This document shows positions 48,254 through 57,970 of a DNA stretch of 57,971 bases, one piece after another. The DNA lies in contig JAHFPH010000004.1 of NCBI GenBank assembly GCA_023266845.1, positions 1 through 57,971 on the forward strand, given 5' to 3'. A program made the translations under genes and the position numbers. Origin of the DNA: Rhodospirillaceae bacterium. Lineage in GTDB: Bacteria > Pseudomonadota > Alphaproteobacteria > JAEULC01. How positions within the stretch are numbered: the stretch's first letter is position 1; every line of letters starts with the position of its first letter. Under the pieces are notes generated by a model. The model was not told the DNA's origin, searched no databases, and worked only from the letters and a program-made list of their open reading frames with translations.

Positions 48254-49024
48254 TCATGTCCAGCCGGCGTCGACGACGAAATTCTGCGCCGTGCAGGCCT
48301 CGCTGTCGTCGGCCGCGAGCCACAGCACCATGCGCGCGATATCGGGCGGGTACAGCTTTTGCTTCAGGCACTGATTTTCCTGGATTTGCCGCTCGCCGGT
48401 TTCATCGAGCCATAGCTTGATCTGGCGCTCGGTTAGAATCCAACCCGGCACCACCGTGTTCACGCGGATCTTGTCGGGTCCGAAATCGCGCGCGAGGCCC
48501 CTGGTGATGCCGTGAATCGCCGCCTTGCTTGCGGTATAGGCCGGATAACCGCCCTCGGCGTTCATCCAGCTGATCGAGCCGAAATTGACGATCGATCCGC
48601 CGCCGGCGGTCTTCATTTGCGGAATTGCGGCCTGCGCGGCGAAGAACTGGTGCCGCAGATTGACTTGTAGCCGTTCGTCCCAGTATGCCACGGTCACGTC
48701 CTCGACCTTGTGCCGGTCGTCGTTGGCCGCGTTGTTGACCAGCGCACGGATCGGCCCCAGCTCGCGGCCCGTACGCGCGACGGTGACGCGCAGGGCTTCG
48801 ATGTCGCGAAGATCGCAATGAATGAACAGCGGCCGCGCGTGGCCGCGCTTCGCTATGCGCTCGACCAGGGCTTCGGACTGTTCCCGGGCGATATCGACGA
48901 ACGCGACGCGCGCGCCTTGGGCGCAGAAATGCTCGACGATGCTCTCGCCGATGCCGGATCCGCCGCCGGTGACGAACACAACGCGGTCCTTGAGGCTTGG
49001 ATAGCGCGCGTCGTTGGTGCGCAT
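48254..49024 (-). CDS. SDR aldose 1-dehydrogenase (Caulobacter XylB-like)
   Basis: YPSLKDRVVFVTGGGSGIG, NNAANDDRH, YWDERLQVNLRH, FGSISW, YTASK, QCLK, DAGW; true start ATG 49024. Confidence 0.85.
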   Translation of the reverse strand: MRTNDARYPSLKDRVVFVTGGGSGIGESIVEHFCAQGARVAFVDIAREQSEALVERIAKRGHARPLFIHCDLRDIEALRVTVARTGRELGPIRALVNNAANDDRHKVEDVTVAYWDERLQVNLRHQFFAAQAAIPQMKTAGGGSIVNFGSISWMNAEGGYPAYTASKAAIHGITRGLARDFGPDKIRVNTVVPGWILTERQIKLWLDETGERQIQENQCLKQKLYPPDIARMVLWLAADDSEACTAQNFVVDAGWT

Positions 49025-49044
49025 GCTTCCGGCGTCCCGATCGG

Positions 49045-49905
49045 TCAGTTCCGGCCGCCGGCGGCGGGGCGCTGGGTTCCGGACCTGCGCACCGCCAGCG
49101 CGCGCCGCACGTCCTGTTCCGCCTGTTCCAGCAGCACCAGCATCGCCTGCCTTGCCTTTTGCGGCTTGCGCGACTGTATGCCGTTCAGCACCGCGCGGTG
49201 CAACGGCAGCGAATGGCGCTGGCCGGTGGGGTTGTCGTTGGACAAGCGGAAGCTCATGGTCAAAGCGGTCTCGATGATCGCGCCCAGAGAACTGATCAGC
49301 TCGTTGCCGGTGGCCTGGATGATGGTCTGGTGGAACCGCAGATCGGGCTCTTCCCATTTCTCGCCGTCGTCGCCGGCCGCGTCCATGTCGCGAAAGGCCT
49401 GTTGCAACCGCGCGACGGCTGCGGCGCCGGCTTGCTGCGCCGCCATGTCGGCGGCCGCAGGCTCGATCATGCGGCGGAGCTGGAACAAGTCGCGGACCGA
49501 GCGTTCCACCGGCTCGGCCTCGAAATGCCAGGCCAGCACGTCGGGATCGAGGAAATTCCAATGCTCGCGCGGGCGAATGCGCGTGCCCGTGCGCGGGCGG
49601 GATTCCATCAGCCCCTTGGCCGCCAGCAGCTTGATCGCCTCGCGCAGCGCGGTGCGGCTGACGCCGAGCGCGGCGCTAAGCTCGTCCTCCGGCGCCAGGA
49701 CCTGGCCGGGTTTCAGCTTGCCGCCAAGAATGCGCGACCCCAGATCGTGCGCCACCCGCCCGTGCAGGCTGCGGCGCGAATAGGTGCGCGACCCGCGTGG
49801 CGGCCGCGCCGAGCGTTGATCCGCGCGGCCCTCTTGAAAGTTGCGCGGCTGGATCGGCGGCCGCGTGCCGGAAAGCGGCCGCTTCGGCTCCCCGTTGTGG
49901 TCCAT
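49045..49905 (-). CDS. FadR/GntR-family regulator (DgoR-like)
   Basis: LGVSRTALREAIKLLAAKGL, RPRTGT, WNFLDPDVLAW, FCD domain DLRFHQTI. Confidence 0.88.
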   Translation of the reverse strand: MDHNGEPKRPLSGTRPPIQPRNFQEGRADQRSARPPRGSRTYSRRSLHGRVAHDLGSRILGGKLKPGQVLAPEDELSAALGVSRTALREAIKLLAAKGLMESRPRTGTRIRPREHWNFLDPDVLAWHFEAEPVERSVRDLFQLRRMIEPAAADMAAQQAGAAAVARLQQAFRDMDAAGDDGEKWEEPDLRFHQTIIQATGNELISSLGAIIETALTMSFRLSNDNPTGQRHSLPLHRAVLNGIQSRKPQKARQAMLVLLEQAEQDVRRALAVRRSGTQRPAAGGRN

Positions 49906-49994
49906 TAAATCCTCATACTATATTGTCCTCGTATACCGCCGGCGCGGATGCGTCAATCGACCGGCGGCGGATAATAAGACTTTCGGGGGCAGAA

Positions 49995-50906
49995 GTGGCT
50001 AGCGGTGCAACACGGTTGATCCTGACATCCGACGAGACACGCGTGGAGCTGATGCCCGCGCTCGGCGGCGCCGTGGCGCGCTATGCCTCGCGCCTGGGCG
50101 ATGCCTGGATCGACTGGTTGCGCCCCGCGCCCAAGGCGGCGAACGATCCCGAGGCGGCCGCTTGTTTTCCGCTGGTGCCGTTTTCCAATCGCGTGCGCGA
50201 CGGCCGGTTCCGCTTCGCCGGCAAGCAGGTCGTGCTGTCGCTCGACGGCCTGCCGGGTCCGCATGTCGAGCATGGCTTCGGCTGGCGGCGGCCCTGGACC
50301 GTCGCGACGCATACCAAGGACAGCGCCACGATCGAATACCGGCACGATGCCGGGGCGTGGCCCTTTCCGTTCCGCGCGCGCCAGATGTTCCGGCTGACCG
50401 CCGCGGCGCTGGCGATCACGATCGAGATCGCCAATGCCGGCGCCGAAGCGATGCCGGCCGGATTCGGCCTGCACCCCTACTTCCCGCGCACGCCCGCCTG
50501 CCGCCTGGAGGCGCAGGTCGCGGGCATGTGGAGCGTGGACGCGGAGGTGATGCCGGTCGAGCTGCTGACGCCGCCGCCGGCAGACCGCGATCCGGGCCGC
50601 GGCCTTGCCGTGGACGCGGTCGGCCTCGACAACGCCTTCGCCGGCTGGTCGGGACGCGCGCGCATATTCTGGCCCGAGCGCCGCGCCGCGTTGACGATGG
50701 AAGCCGACGCGCCGCTGCGGTTCCTCGTGATCTACACGCCGCCGGGCGGAAGCTATTTCTGCGCCGAGCCGGTGAGCCACTGCACCGACGCCTTCAATCT
50801 CGCCGACCGCGGACGCGGTGACACGGGCATGATCGCGCTTGCGCCCGGCGAATCCGCAGCGGCGGCTGTCCGTTTCGCGCCCGAAATCCGCAAAACCGAA
50901 TCATAA
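49995..50906 (+). CDS. Aldose 1-epimerase family protein
   Basis: CFPLVPFSNRV, EHGFGW, PAGFGLHPYF, LDNAF, YFCAEPVSH; GTG 49995 chosen as start. Confidence 0.85.
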   Translation: MASGATRLILTSDETRVELMPALGGAVARYASRLGDAWIDWLRPAPKAANDPEAAACFPLVPFSNRVRDGRFRFAGKQVVLSLDGLPGPHVEHGFGWRRPWTVATHTKDSATIEYRHDAGAWPFPFRARQMFRLTAAALAITIEIANAGAEAMPAGFGLHPYFPRTPACRLEAQVAGMWSVDAEVMPVELLTPPPADRDPGRGLAVDAVGLDNAFAGWSGRARIFWPERRAALTMEADAPLRFLVIYTPPGGSYFCAEPVSHCTDAFNLADRGRGDTGMIALAPGESAAAAVRFAPEIRKTES

Positions 50907-50918
50907 CGGAGGAGTCTC

Positions 50919-51905
50919 ATGTTCAAAACGATCAAGACACTTGCCGCGCTGGGAGTGGGATGCGCGCTCGCCTGGGCCACAAGCCCGGCCGGGGCCGCCA
51001 CCAACACGGTGGTGATCTACAACGCCGTCAGCACCAAGCTGATCCAGGCCTTCGTCGAGGAGTTCCAGAAGCAGAACCCCGGCGTGAAGGCCGAGGTGAT
51101 CAGCGGTGGCAGCGGCGAGTTGCTGACGCGCATCAAGGCCGAGCGCGCCAACCCGCGCGGCGACGTGCTGGTCGGCCCGGACGCCGACGTGTTCGACGCG
51201 GACCTGAGCCTGTTCGACTCCTACGATTCGAAAGAGAAGGCGGGCTTCGATAAGGCCGCACTGGGCGCCGACGGCAAGTATTACGGCTTCTCGACCAACT
51301 TCCAGGCGTTCATCGTCAACACCAAGATGATGCCGCTGGACAAGGCGCCGAAGAGCTGGGCCGACCTGGCGAAACCCGAATTCAAGGGCAAGATTTTGAT
51401 CGCCAACCCGGCGCAGTCCGGATCTGGCTATTCGCAGATGCACCAGATCTTGATGCTGTACGGCTGGGACTTGTGGACCAAGATCATCCAGAACGCGGTA
51501 TTCGTACCCAGCTCGAAGCTCGCGTTCCAAAACGTCGCCAAGGGCGAGATTCCGGTGGGATTGACCAGCGAGTTCAACATCCTGGTCTCGAAGCTGGAAG
51601 GCAATCCGGTCGAGGCCGTGTACCCGAGCGACGGCACGGCCCTGATCATCGACGCCAACGGCATCATCAAGGGCGGCCCGAACCCGGAGAACGCGCGCAA
51701 GTTCATCGACTTCATCAGCTCCGCCGGCGCGCACAAAATCCTGGTCGATCTGGACAAGCGGCGCAGTGCGCGCAAGGACGTAACACCGCCTCCGGGCCTG
51801 GCCGACGCCAAGGGGATCAAGACCTTCGCCTACGACACGGTCGGCGCGGCCAAGGACCGTACCCAAAACCTGGAGAAGTTCGACAAGATTTTCTCGGCCA
51901 AGTAG
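50919..51905 (+). CDS. Fbp/Afu-family ABC substrate-binding protein
   Basis: Signal peptide, GGSGELLTRIKAERANPRGDV, PKSWADL, ANPAQSGSG, VYPSDGT, NARKFIDF. Confidence 0.87.
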   Translation: MFKTIKTLAALGVGCALAWATSPAGAATNTVVIYNAVSTKLIQAFVEEFQKQNPGVKAEVISGGSGELLTRIKAERANPRGDVLVGPDADVFDADLSLFDSYDSKEKAGFDKAALGADGKYYGFSTNFQAFIVNTKMMPLDKAPKSWADLAKPEFKGKILIANPAQSGSGYSQMHQILMLYGWDLWTKIIQNAVFVPSSKLAFQNVAKGEIPVGLTSEFNILVSKLEGNPVEAVYPSDGTALIIDANGIIKGGPNPENARKFIDFISSAGAHKILVDLDKRRSARKDVTPPPGLADAKGIKTFAYDTVGAAKDRTQNLEKFDKIFSAK

Positions 51906-51927
51906 CCTTACCGCGCTACGCTGGCAG

Positions 51928-51953
51928 GAGAGGCCCGGAGCGCCGGGCCTCTC
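51928..51953 (+). terminator. Perfect 11-bp hairpin after the binding-protein gene
   Basis: GAGAGGCCCGG-agcg-CCGGGCCTCTC followed by TT. Confidence 0.55.
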
Positions 51954-51986
51954 TTGCGCTTTCATGAATGGCCGCCCGGTCCCGCC

Positions 51987-53090
51987 ATGCTGTCGATCCG
52001 CGAGCTGACCAAGACATTCGCGTCGCCGTCGGGCGAGCTTGCCGCCGTGGACCGCATCAGCTTCGACGTGGCGCCGGGCGAGTTCTTCACCATGCTGGGG
52101 CCGTCGGGCTGCGGCAAAACCACCACCTTGCGCATGATCGCGGGGCTGGAAACGCCGACGAGCGGCGCTATTGCGTTCGACGGCCGCGACTACACGCGCG
52201 TGCCGCCGCAGCAGCGCAATATCGGCATGGTGTTCCAGTCCTATGCGCTGTTTCCGCATTTGAGCGTGTTCGAGAACGTCGCCTATGGCCTGCGAAATCG
52301 CGGCGTAAAAGGAACTGAACTAGAGCGGCGCGTCGCGGAGGTGTTGGGCGCGCTGCAACTCGACGGATTCAAGACCAGGCTGCCCTCGACCTTGTCGGGC
52401 GGGCAGCAGCAGCGCGTGTCGATCGCGCGCGCGCTGGTTTATCGCCCATCGATGCTGCTGCTGGACGAGCCGCTGGCCAATCTGGACGCCAAGCTGCGCA
52501 TCCAGATGCGCGAGGAGATCCGCCGCATCCAGCGCGAATTTGGCATCCTGTCGCTTTACGTCACGCACGACCAAGAAGAGGCGATGGCGATTTCCGACCG
52601 CCTGGCTCTGTTCAACGCGGGCCGGCTAGTGCAGATCGGCCGGCCGGGCGATCTCTACCGCCAGCCCGCTACGCTGTTCGCCGCCGATTTCATCGGCCGC
52701 GCCAATTTCTTCGCCGCGCGGCTTGCCGGACGCGATGCCTCGGGCGCGAAGATCGCGCTGGCCGGCGGCCCCGAGCTGACGGTTGCCCGCGTCGTGGCGC
52801 TGGCGCCGGAGGAGGCCGCCCGGGTGCCGGCGGACGTCGACGGGCTTTTGATGGCGCGGCCCGAGCGCATCGGCATCGCGCCCGGATCGCGGGGCATTCG
52901 CGCGCGGATCGGCCGCATGCAGCAGCTCGGCGGGTGCCAGCGCTATATCGTAGCCGCCGAAGCGGCAGTCGGCGAAGTCACGGTGGATTCGTGGCGGGCG
53001 GGCGAGGAATACGGCGAGGGTGCGGACGCTGCCCTGACCTTGGACGGAAGCGATTGCGTTCTGTTCCTGCGTCCGGAGAAATCGGCATGA
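51987..53090 (+). CDS. FbpC/PotA-like ABC ATP-binding protein
   Basis: [48 protein letters not shown]. Confidence 0.92.
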   Translation: MLSIRELTKTFASPSGELAAVDRISFDVAPGEFFTMLGPSGCGKTTTLRMIAGLETPTSGAIAFDGRDYTRVPPQQRNIGMVFQSYALFPHLSVFENVAYGLRNRGVKGTELERRVAEVLGALQLDGFKTRLPSTLSGGQQQRVSIARALVYRPSMLLLDEPLANLDAKLRIQMREEIRRIQREFGILSLYVTHDQEEAMAISDRLALFNAGRLVQIGRPGDLYRQPATLFAADFIGRANFFAARLAGRDASGAKIALAGGPELTVARVVALAPEEAARVPADVDGLLMARPERIGIAPGSRGIRARIGRMQQLGGCQRYIVAAEAAVGEVTVDSWRAGEEYGEGADAALTLDGSDCVLFLRPEKSA

Positions 53091-54775
53091 GCGACGCGCG
53101 CGCTCTTCCCCGGCGCCCCGACCGATTTTTCCCGCTGGCAGTGGGCGGCGCGGCCGTCGCCATCGCCCTTTTGTTCCTGATTTATCCACTCGCCAACGCT
53201 ATCCTCGGCGCGTTCGTGCGCAACGGCCAGCCGGTGACGTTCGCCAACCTGACCCTGGCCAATTTCGAGCGGTTTCTGACTTCGGTCAGCTATCAGCGGG
53301 CGCTGTGGCATTCGATCACCGCCGGCGCCGCGGCCACCGCGCTGGCCACCGCGATCTCGCTGCCGATGGCCTATGCCGTGGCGCGCGTGGCGATGCCGCT
53401 GCGCGCCACCGTGCTGGCGGTGTCGGTGCTGCCGCTGATTTCGCCGCCGTTCATCGGCGCCTATGCGTGGATCATCCTTCTGGGCAACAACGGCATCTTC
53501 ACCAACCTGCTGCGCGACTACGTGGGCGTCGGGCTGCCGTCGATCTACGGCTTCTTCGGCGTCACGGTGGCGCTGGCATTGAGTTATTTCCCCTATGTAT
53601 TCCTGGTGCTGCAGGGCGCGCTTGCGGCTGTGGACACGCATATCGAAGAGGCCGCCGCGATCGCCGGCGCCTCGCGCTGGCGGGTCTTGAGGACCGTGAC
53701 CCTGCCGATGATCCTGCCGTCGGTCGCGGCCGGAATGCTGATCGTGTTCATCAAGGCGATCGGCGATTTCGGCGTGCCGTCGATCCTGGGCGGCGAGTAT
53801 CAGGTGCTGCCGACGCTGATCTATTACCAGATCCACGGCTTTTTCAATCTGAACGGCGCCGCGGCGATCGCTATGGTCAACGTGGCGCTTACCTTGTTGG
53901 CGCTAGGGGCGCTGGCCTGGATCAACCGCGCGCGCGCCGTCGCCACCGTGTCGGGCACGGCGCGCCGCGCGGCGCGGCCGCTGCCGGCGCCGCTGCGCTG
54001 GTCGGCGATCTTCTATGTGTGGCTGGTGCTGGTCGTGGCCAATCTGCCGCAAGCCGTCACCGTGCTCTATTCCTTCTCCGAACGCTGGGGCGACACGCTA
54101 CTGCCTTCGATCTACGGGCTTGAGAACTACCGACGCATCGTGGGCGAGATCGCGGGGCCCGCGCTCAACAGCGTCATCCTGGCCGGCGCGGCGACGATAG
54201 TTTGCCTGGCGTTCGGCGCGATCACCGCGCACGCCGCCACCCGCGGGCGGATCGCCGGGCGCTGGGCGGTGGACCTGATCATCATGGTGCCGTTCGTGCT
54301 GCCGGGTCTGGTGATCGGCGTCGCCTACCTGGCCGCGTTCAACGAGGGCGCGCTGGTATTGACCGGCACGGCGACCATTCTGATCATGGCCTATTTCACT
54401 CGCCGCGTGGCGTTCGTATTCCGCTCCGCCGCCGCCGCCATTTTGCAGCTCGACCGCAGGCTGGAGGAAGCATCGACGATCTGCGGGGCGAGCTGGGCCA
54501 CCACGATGCGGCGCGTGATCCTGCCGTTGATCGCCCCGGCCCTGCTCGCCGGCGGCATTCTGGTGTTCGCCACGCTGATCGGCGAGATCAGCGTCACGGT
54601 GCTGCTGTATTCCGCGCGCTGGAAGACGCTGACGATCGCGATCTACGAATACCTTCTGGGCAACGACATCGCCAAGGCCAGCGCGTTCGGCACCGTGACC
54701 ATCGTGATGACCTTCGCCCTGGTCGCAGCCGCCAGCCGGCTGGCAGGCCGCAACATGGCCGATATGTTCCGCTAG
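53087..54775 (+). CDS. FbpB-like fused ABC permease
   Basis: LPLISPPFIGAYAW, IEEAAAIAGAS, DFGVP, LEEASTICGAS; ATGA overlap with the ATPase. Confidence 0.9.
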   Translation: MSDARALPRRPDRFFPLAVGGAAVAIALLFLIYPLANAILGAFVRNGQPVTFANLTLANFERFLTSVSYQRALWHSITAGAAATALATAISLPMAYAVARVAMPLRATVLAVSVLPLISPPFIGAYAWIILLGNNGIFTNLLRDYVGVGLPSIYGFFGVTVALALSYFPYVFLVLQGALAAVDTHIEEAAAIAGASRWRVLRTVTLPMILPSVAAGMLIVFIKAIGDFGVPSILGGEYQVLPTLIYYQIHGFFNLNGAAAIAMVNVALTLLALGALAWINRARAVATVSGTARRAARPLPAPLRWSAIFYVWLVLVVANLPQAVTVLYSFSERWGDTLLPSIYGLENYRRIVGEIAGPALNSVILAGAATIVCLAFGAITAHAATRGRIAGRWAVDLIIMVPFVLPGLVIGVAYLAAFNEGALVLTGTATILIMAYFTRRVAFVFRSAAAAILQLDRRLEEASTICGASWATTMRRVILPLIAPALLAGGILVFATLIGEISVTVLLYSARWKTLTIAIYEYLLGNDIAKASAFGTVTIVMTFALVAAASRLAGRNMADMFR

Positions 54776-55264
54776 CTAGCGGGCGATCCCGAGCATCCTG
54801 TCGAGATACGCGCCCATCGCCTCGGGCGCGGTGAATTCGGGCGCGGTGTCGGGCACGCCAAGGTAATAGACCACCATCGCCGCGCTGTTCGTGCGCAACG
54901 AAGCCTCGTCGCGGAACAGATGCAGCTCGGTGCTGGGATGATCGGCGAATTTCGCGCGGCCGATGGAAACGTCCGCGGCCTTGTCGAGAGCGAGGGTCTC
55001 CACGAATACGATGCGGGCCTTGGTGAATGGATCGACGCCGTCGACGCGCAAGAAACGATACTCGCCGGCGACGTTCAAGACGCGGATCACAACCCGCGTA
55101 TCGGCTTCAGCCTTTCCCTTCAGCACGCCCCAAGCAAGCTTCAGCGTCGGCGACACGAATAGCGAGTCGGCGCCATGCACCACGGTCTGCGCCGCGCAGT
55201 TTGCACTCCAGATGATCGCCGCCACGGCCAGCACCGCCACCGCGACGCGGCCATGGCGTCTCAT
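54776..55264 (-). CDS. Hypothetical exported protein
   Basis: Basic + hydrophobic signal peptide ending CAA-Q; protein-like composition; start overlaps the ATPase stop (ATGA at 55261-55264). Confidence 0.7.
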   Translation of the reverse strand: MRRHGRVAVAVLAVAAIIWSANCAAQTVVHGADSLFVSPTLKLAWGVLKGKAEADTRVVIRVLNVAGEYRFLRVDGVDPFTKARIVFVETLALDKAADVSIGRAKFADHPSTELHLFRDEASLRTNSAAMVVYYLGVPDTAPEFTAPEAMGAYLDRMLGIAR

Positions 55265-56352
55265 GCTTCGTCTCCCACCAGCAATTGCACATCGCGCGCG
55301 GGCAGGCGCACGCCGACCGCGGATCCGGGCGCGAAATGCTCGTTCTCGGCCTCGAAGCGCACGACCAGCAGCGACTGCCCGCCCGCCTCCACCACGTACT
55401 CGGCTTTTTCGCCCAGATAGGTGCGCGAGCGCACGACGCCGGGGATCGCCCCCGCGGCGCCAGCCTGACCCAGCGCGATCGCCTCGGGCCGCAGCACGGC
55501 GCGCGCCCTTGCGCCCGCGCTGAGCCCCTCGCCCGCCCCATTCAGCACATGCGTCACGCCGCCGATATCGATCACCGCGCGCCCCGCGCCAGTCTCGAGC
55601 ACCGTCACATCAATCAGATTGGCGCGCCCGATGAAACCCGCAACGAACACCGTGGCCGGCCGGCGGTAGAGCCGGTCGGCCGTGCCGAGCTGCACGATGC
55701 GCCCCTTGTTCATCACGGCGATGCGGTCGGAAATCGCCATCGCTTCTTCCTGGTCGTGCGTGACGTAGACCGTGGTAATTCCCAGGGTCTTCTGCAGATG
55801 CTGGATTTCGCCGCGCATTTGCACGCGTAATTTGGCGTCCAGATTGGACAGCGGCTCGTCGAACAACAGCACGCGCGGCTTGATGACGATGGCGCGCGCC
55901 AGGGCGACGCGCTGTTGCTCGCCGCCCGATAGCTGGTGCGGCATCTGCCGTTCGTAGCCTTTCAGCCCTACCATCGCCAGCACGTCGCCCACCGCCTTGC
56001 CGAGCGCGGCCTCGCCGTGCCGGCGCACGCGCAAGCCATAAGCCACGTTCTCGTAGACGTTGAGATGCGGAAACAAGGCGTAATTCTGGAACACGAATCC
56101 GATGTCGCGGTCGTTCGCCATGACTTGCGTCACGTCGCGCTCGCCGATGAAGATCCTGCCGTCGCTGGGCTTTTGGAAGCCCGCGATCATGCGCAGCGTC
56201 GTTGTTTTGCCGCAGCCCGAGGGGCCAAGCAGCGTCAGCAGCTCGCCAGGCCGAACGTCCAGGCTGACGTCGCGGGCAGCATATACCTCGCCCTTCACGC
56301 GGTGATGAAACCGCGCGCTAACCGAGACAAGCCTGATGCCTGCCGTGTCCAT
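55261..56352 (-). CDS. FbpC/PotA-like ABC ATP-binding protein
   Basis: GPSGCGKTT, VFQNYALFPH, LSGGEQQR, DEPLSNLDAKLR, TOBE-like tail. Confidence 0.92.
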   Translation of the reverse strand: MDTAGIRLVSVSARFHHRVKGEVYAARDVSLDVRPGELLTLLGPSGCGKTTTLRMIAGFQKPSDGRIFIGERDVTQVMANDRDIGFVFQNYALFPHLNVYENVAYGLRVRRHGEAALGKAVGDVLAMVGLKGYERQMPHQLSGGEQQRVALARAIVIKPRVLLFDEPLSNLDAKLRVQMRGEIQHLQKTLGITTVYVTHDQEEAMAISDRIAVMNKGRIVQLGTADRLYRRPATVFVAGFIGRANLIDVTVLETGAGRAVIDIGGVTHVLNGAGEGLSAGARARAVLRPEAIALGQAGAAGAIPGVVRSRTYLGEKAEYVVEAGGQSLLVVRFEAENEHFAPGSAVGVRLPARDVQLLVGDEA

Positions 56353-56353
56353 A

Positions 56354-57970
56354 CTACCCCGCCGCCAGACCGGACATCGACGCTTCCCCGGTCGCAGCGC
56401 GCAGCCGCTCCAGCAGATGGCTGATGGCGGATGTCACGATCAACACCACGACGATCACGAACACCGAAAACGCGGCCGCCGGTCCGAGCGACAGCTCGGT
56501 CATATTTTCCAAGATCCGCACGGTAACCAGCGTCCAGTCGATCGATACCAGGAAGATCGTGGCGCTGATCGCGGTCATCGAGCGGATGAAGACGACGCCG
56601 AGGCCGGCGAAGAACGCGGGCAGCACCAGCGGCAAGGTCACGCGGCGGAAGGTGGTGAAGCTGCGCGCGCCCAGGCTCCGCGACGCCTCTTCGATGCTGC
56701 GGTCGATTTGCTGCAACAGCGCCACCGTGGTGCGGATGCCCGTGGGGCTGTAACGGAACACATAACAGGCCACGATGATCAGCGCGCCGCCGGTCAGCGC
56801 GACCGGCGGATCGTTGAACGCGATCAGATAGGCGATGCCGACGATGGTGCCGGGCAGTGCGTAGTTGGCCATCGACACGATTTCCATCGCGCGCCTTCCG
56901 GCGAACTCGGCGCGCGCGACAAGGTAGCCGACCAGCACGCCGAACAGCCCGCCTAGCGGCATGCCGATGAAGGCGATGATCAGCGTATCTTTTATCGCCT
57001 TCATGCCCTCGGTGAAAATCACCCTGTAATGCGCCAGGGTCGGGGTGTGATTGGCGCCGAACGCCGTCACGATCGAGGCGTAGAACAGCAGGGCGTAGAG
57101 ATAGAGGATCGCCAGACCCACTAGCGCGCAAGCAACGACCAGCGCCCAGCGCGCGCGTGTCGCCAGGCCCTCGCTGTCGGAACGCGGCCCCGCCTTGCCG
57201 GTGACGGTGACATAGTGCCCGCGCGACACCCAATAGCGCTGCGCGAAGAACACGATCACCGCCGGCACCAGCAGCACCAGCGACAGCACCGCCCCGCCGC
57301 GCAGGTCGAACAGGCCGGTGATCTGCAGATACGCCTCGGTCGGCAGCACCGGATAGGCGTTGCCGGCCAGGATCAAGGGCGTGGCGAAATCGGCCAACGA
57401 GGCCGCGAACAGCAGGAGGAACGCATTGGCCAGGCCCGGCACGCAAAGCGGCAGCGTGACGGTGCGGAACACGCGCCAGCGCGAACTGCCCAGGCTGAAC
57501 GCCATTTCCTCAAGGTTGCCGCCGATCGCCGCCAGTACGGGGCGCAGCGCCAGATACGCGATCGGGAAATAGGTCAGCGTTTCAGCGGCCAACGTGCTCC
57601 ACAGGCCGTAGACGTTCGCCGTGCGCATGCCCAGCAGTTCGTGCGTGATCAACCCGCGCGGACCGAACGAGAAGATGAAAGCGATCGACGTGGTGAAAGG
57701 CGGCGAGATCAGCGGCAGCAGCGTGGCCGCGTCGATCAGACGCATCAGCCACGGCTTGAGGCCCGCCCGCGCCACAGTGAAGGCGAACAGAAACCCTAGC
57801 GCCGTGCCGGCGACGCCGACCAGCGCGCCGAGCAACAGGCTGTTGGCGAAGGCGCGGCGGTGATTGGGTTGCGCCAGCACGGCCCAGACCGGCTCCAAGC
57901 TGAATCCGCCGTCGGAAAAGAACGCCCGGATCAGCAGCGCGCAGAGCGGATAGATCACGAACAGCGCGAG
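56354..57970 (-). CDS. FbpB-like fused ABC permease; 5' end beyond the right edge
   Basis: LPLISPPFT, LEEMAFSLG, LADFATP, IEEASRSLGA; frame open to the window end. Confidence 0.9.
   Translation of the reverse strand, partial: LALFVIYPLCALLIRAFFSDGGFSLEPVWAVLAQPNHRRAFANSLLLGALVGVAGTALGFLFAFTVARAGLKPWLMRLIDAATLLPLISPPFTTSIAFIFSFGPRGLITHELLGMRTANVYGLWSTLAAETLTYFPIAYLALRPVLAAIGGNLEEMAFSLGSSRWRVFRTVTLPLCVPGLANAFLLLFAASLADFATPLILAGNAYPVLPTEAYLQITGLFDLRGGAVLSLVLLVPAVIVFFAQRYWVSRGHYVTVTGKAGPRSDSEGLATRARWALVVACALVGLAILYLYALLFYASIVTAFGANHTPTLAHYRVIFTEGMKAIKDTLIIAFIGMPLGGLFGVLVGYLVARAEFAGRRAMEIVSMANYALPGTIVGIAYLIAFNDPPVALTGGALIIVACYVFRYSPTGIRTTVALLQQIDRSIEEASRSLGARSFTTFRRVTLPLVLPAFFAGLGVVFIRSMTAISATIFLVSIDWTLVTVRILENMTELSLGPAAAFSVFVIVVVLIVTSAISHLLERLRAATGEASMSGLAAG

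Noticed and set aside
49906-49990. FadR operator in the AT-rich divergent gap
   Set aside because: An operator is likely here, but I could not identify a convincing palindrome
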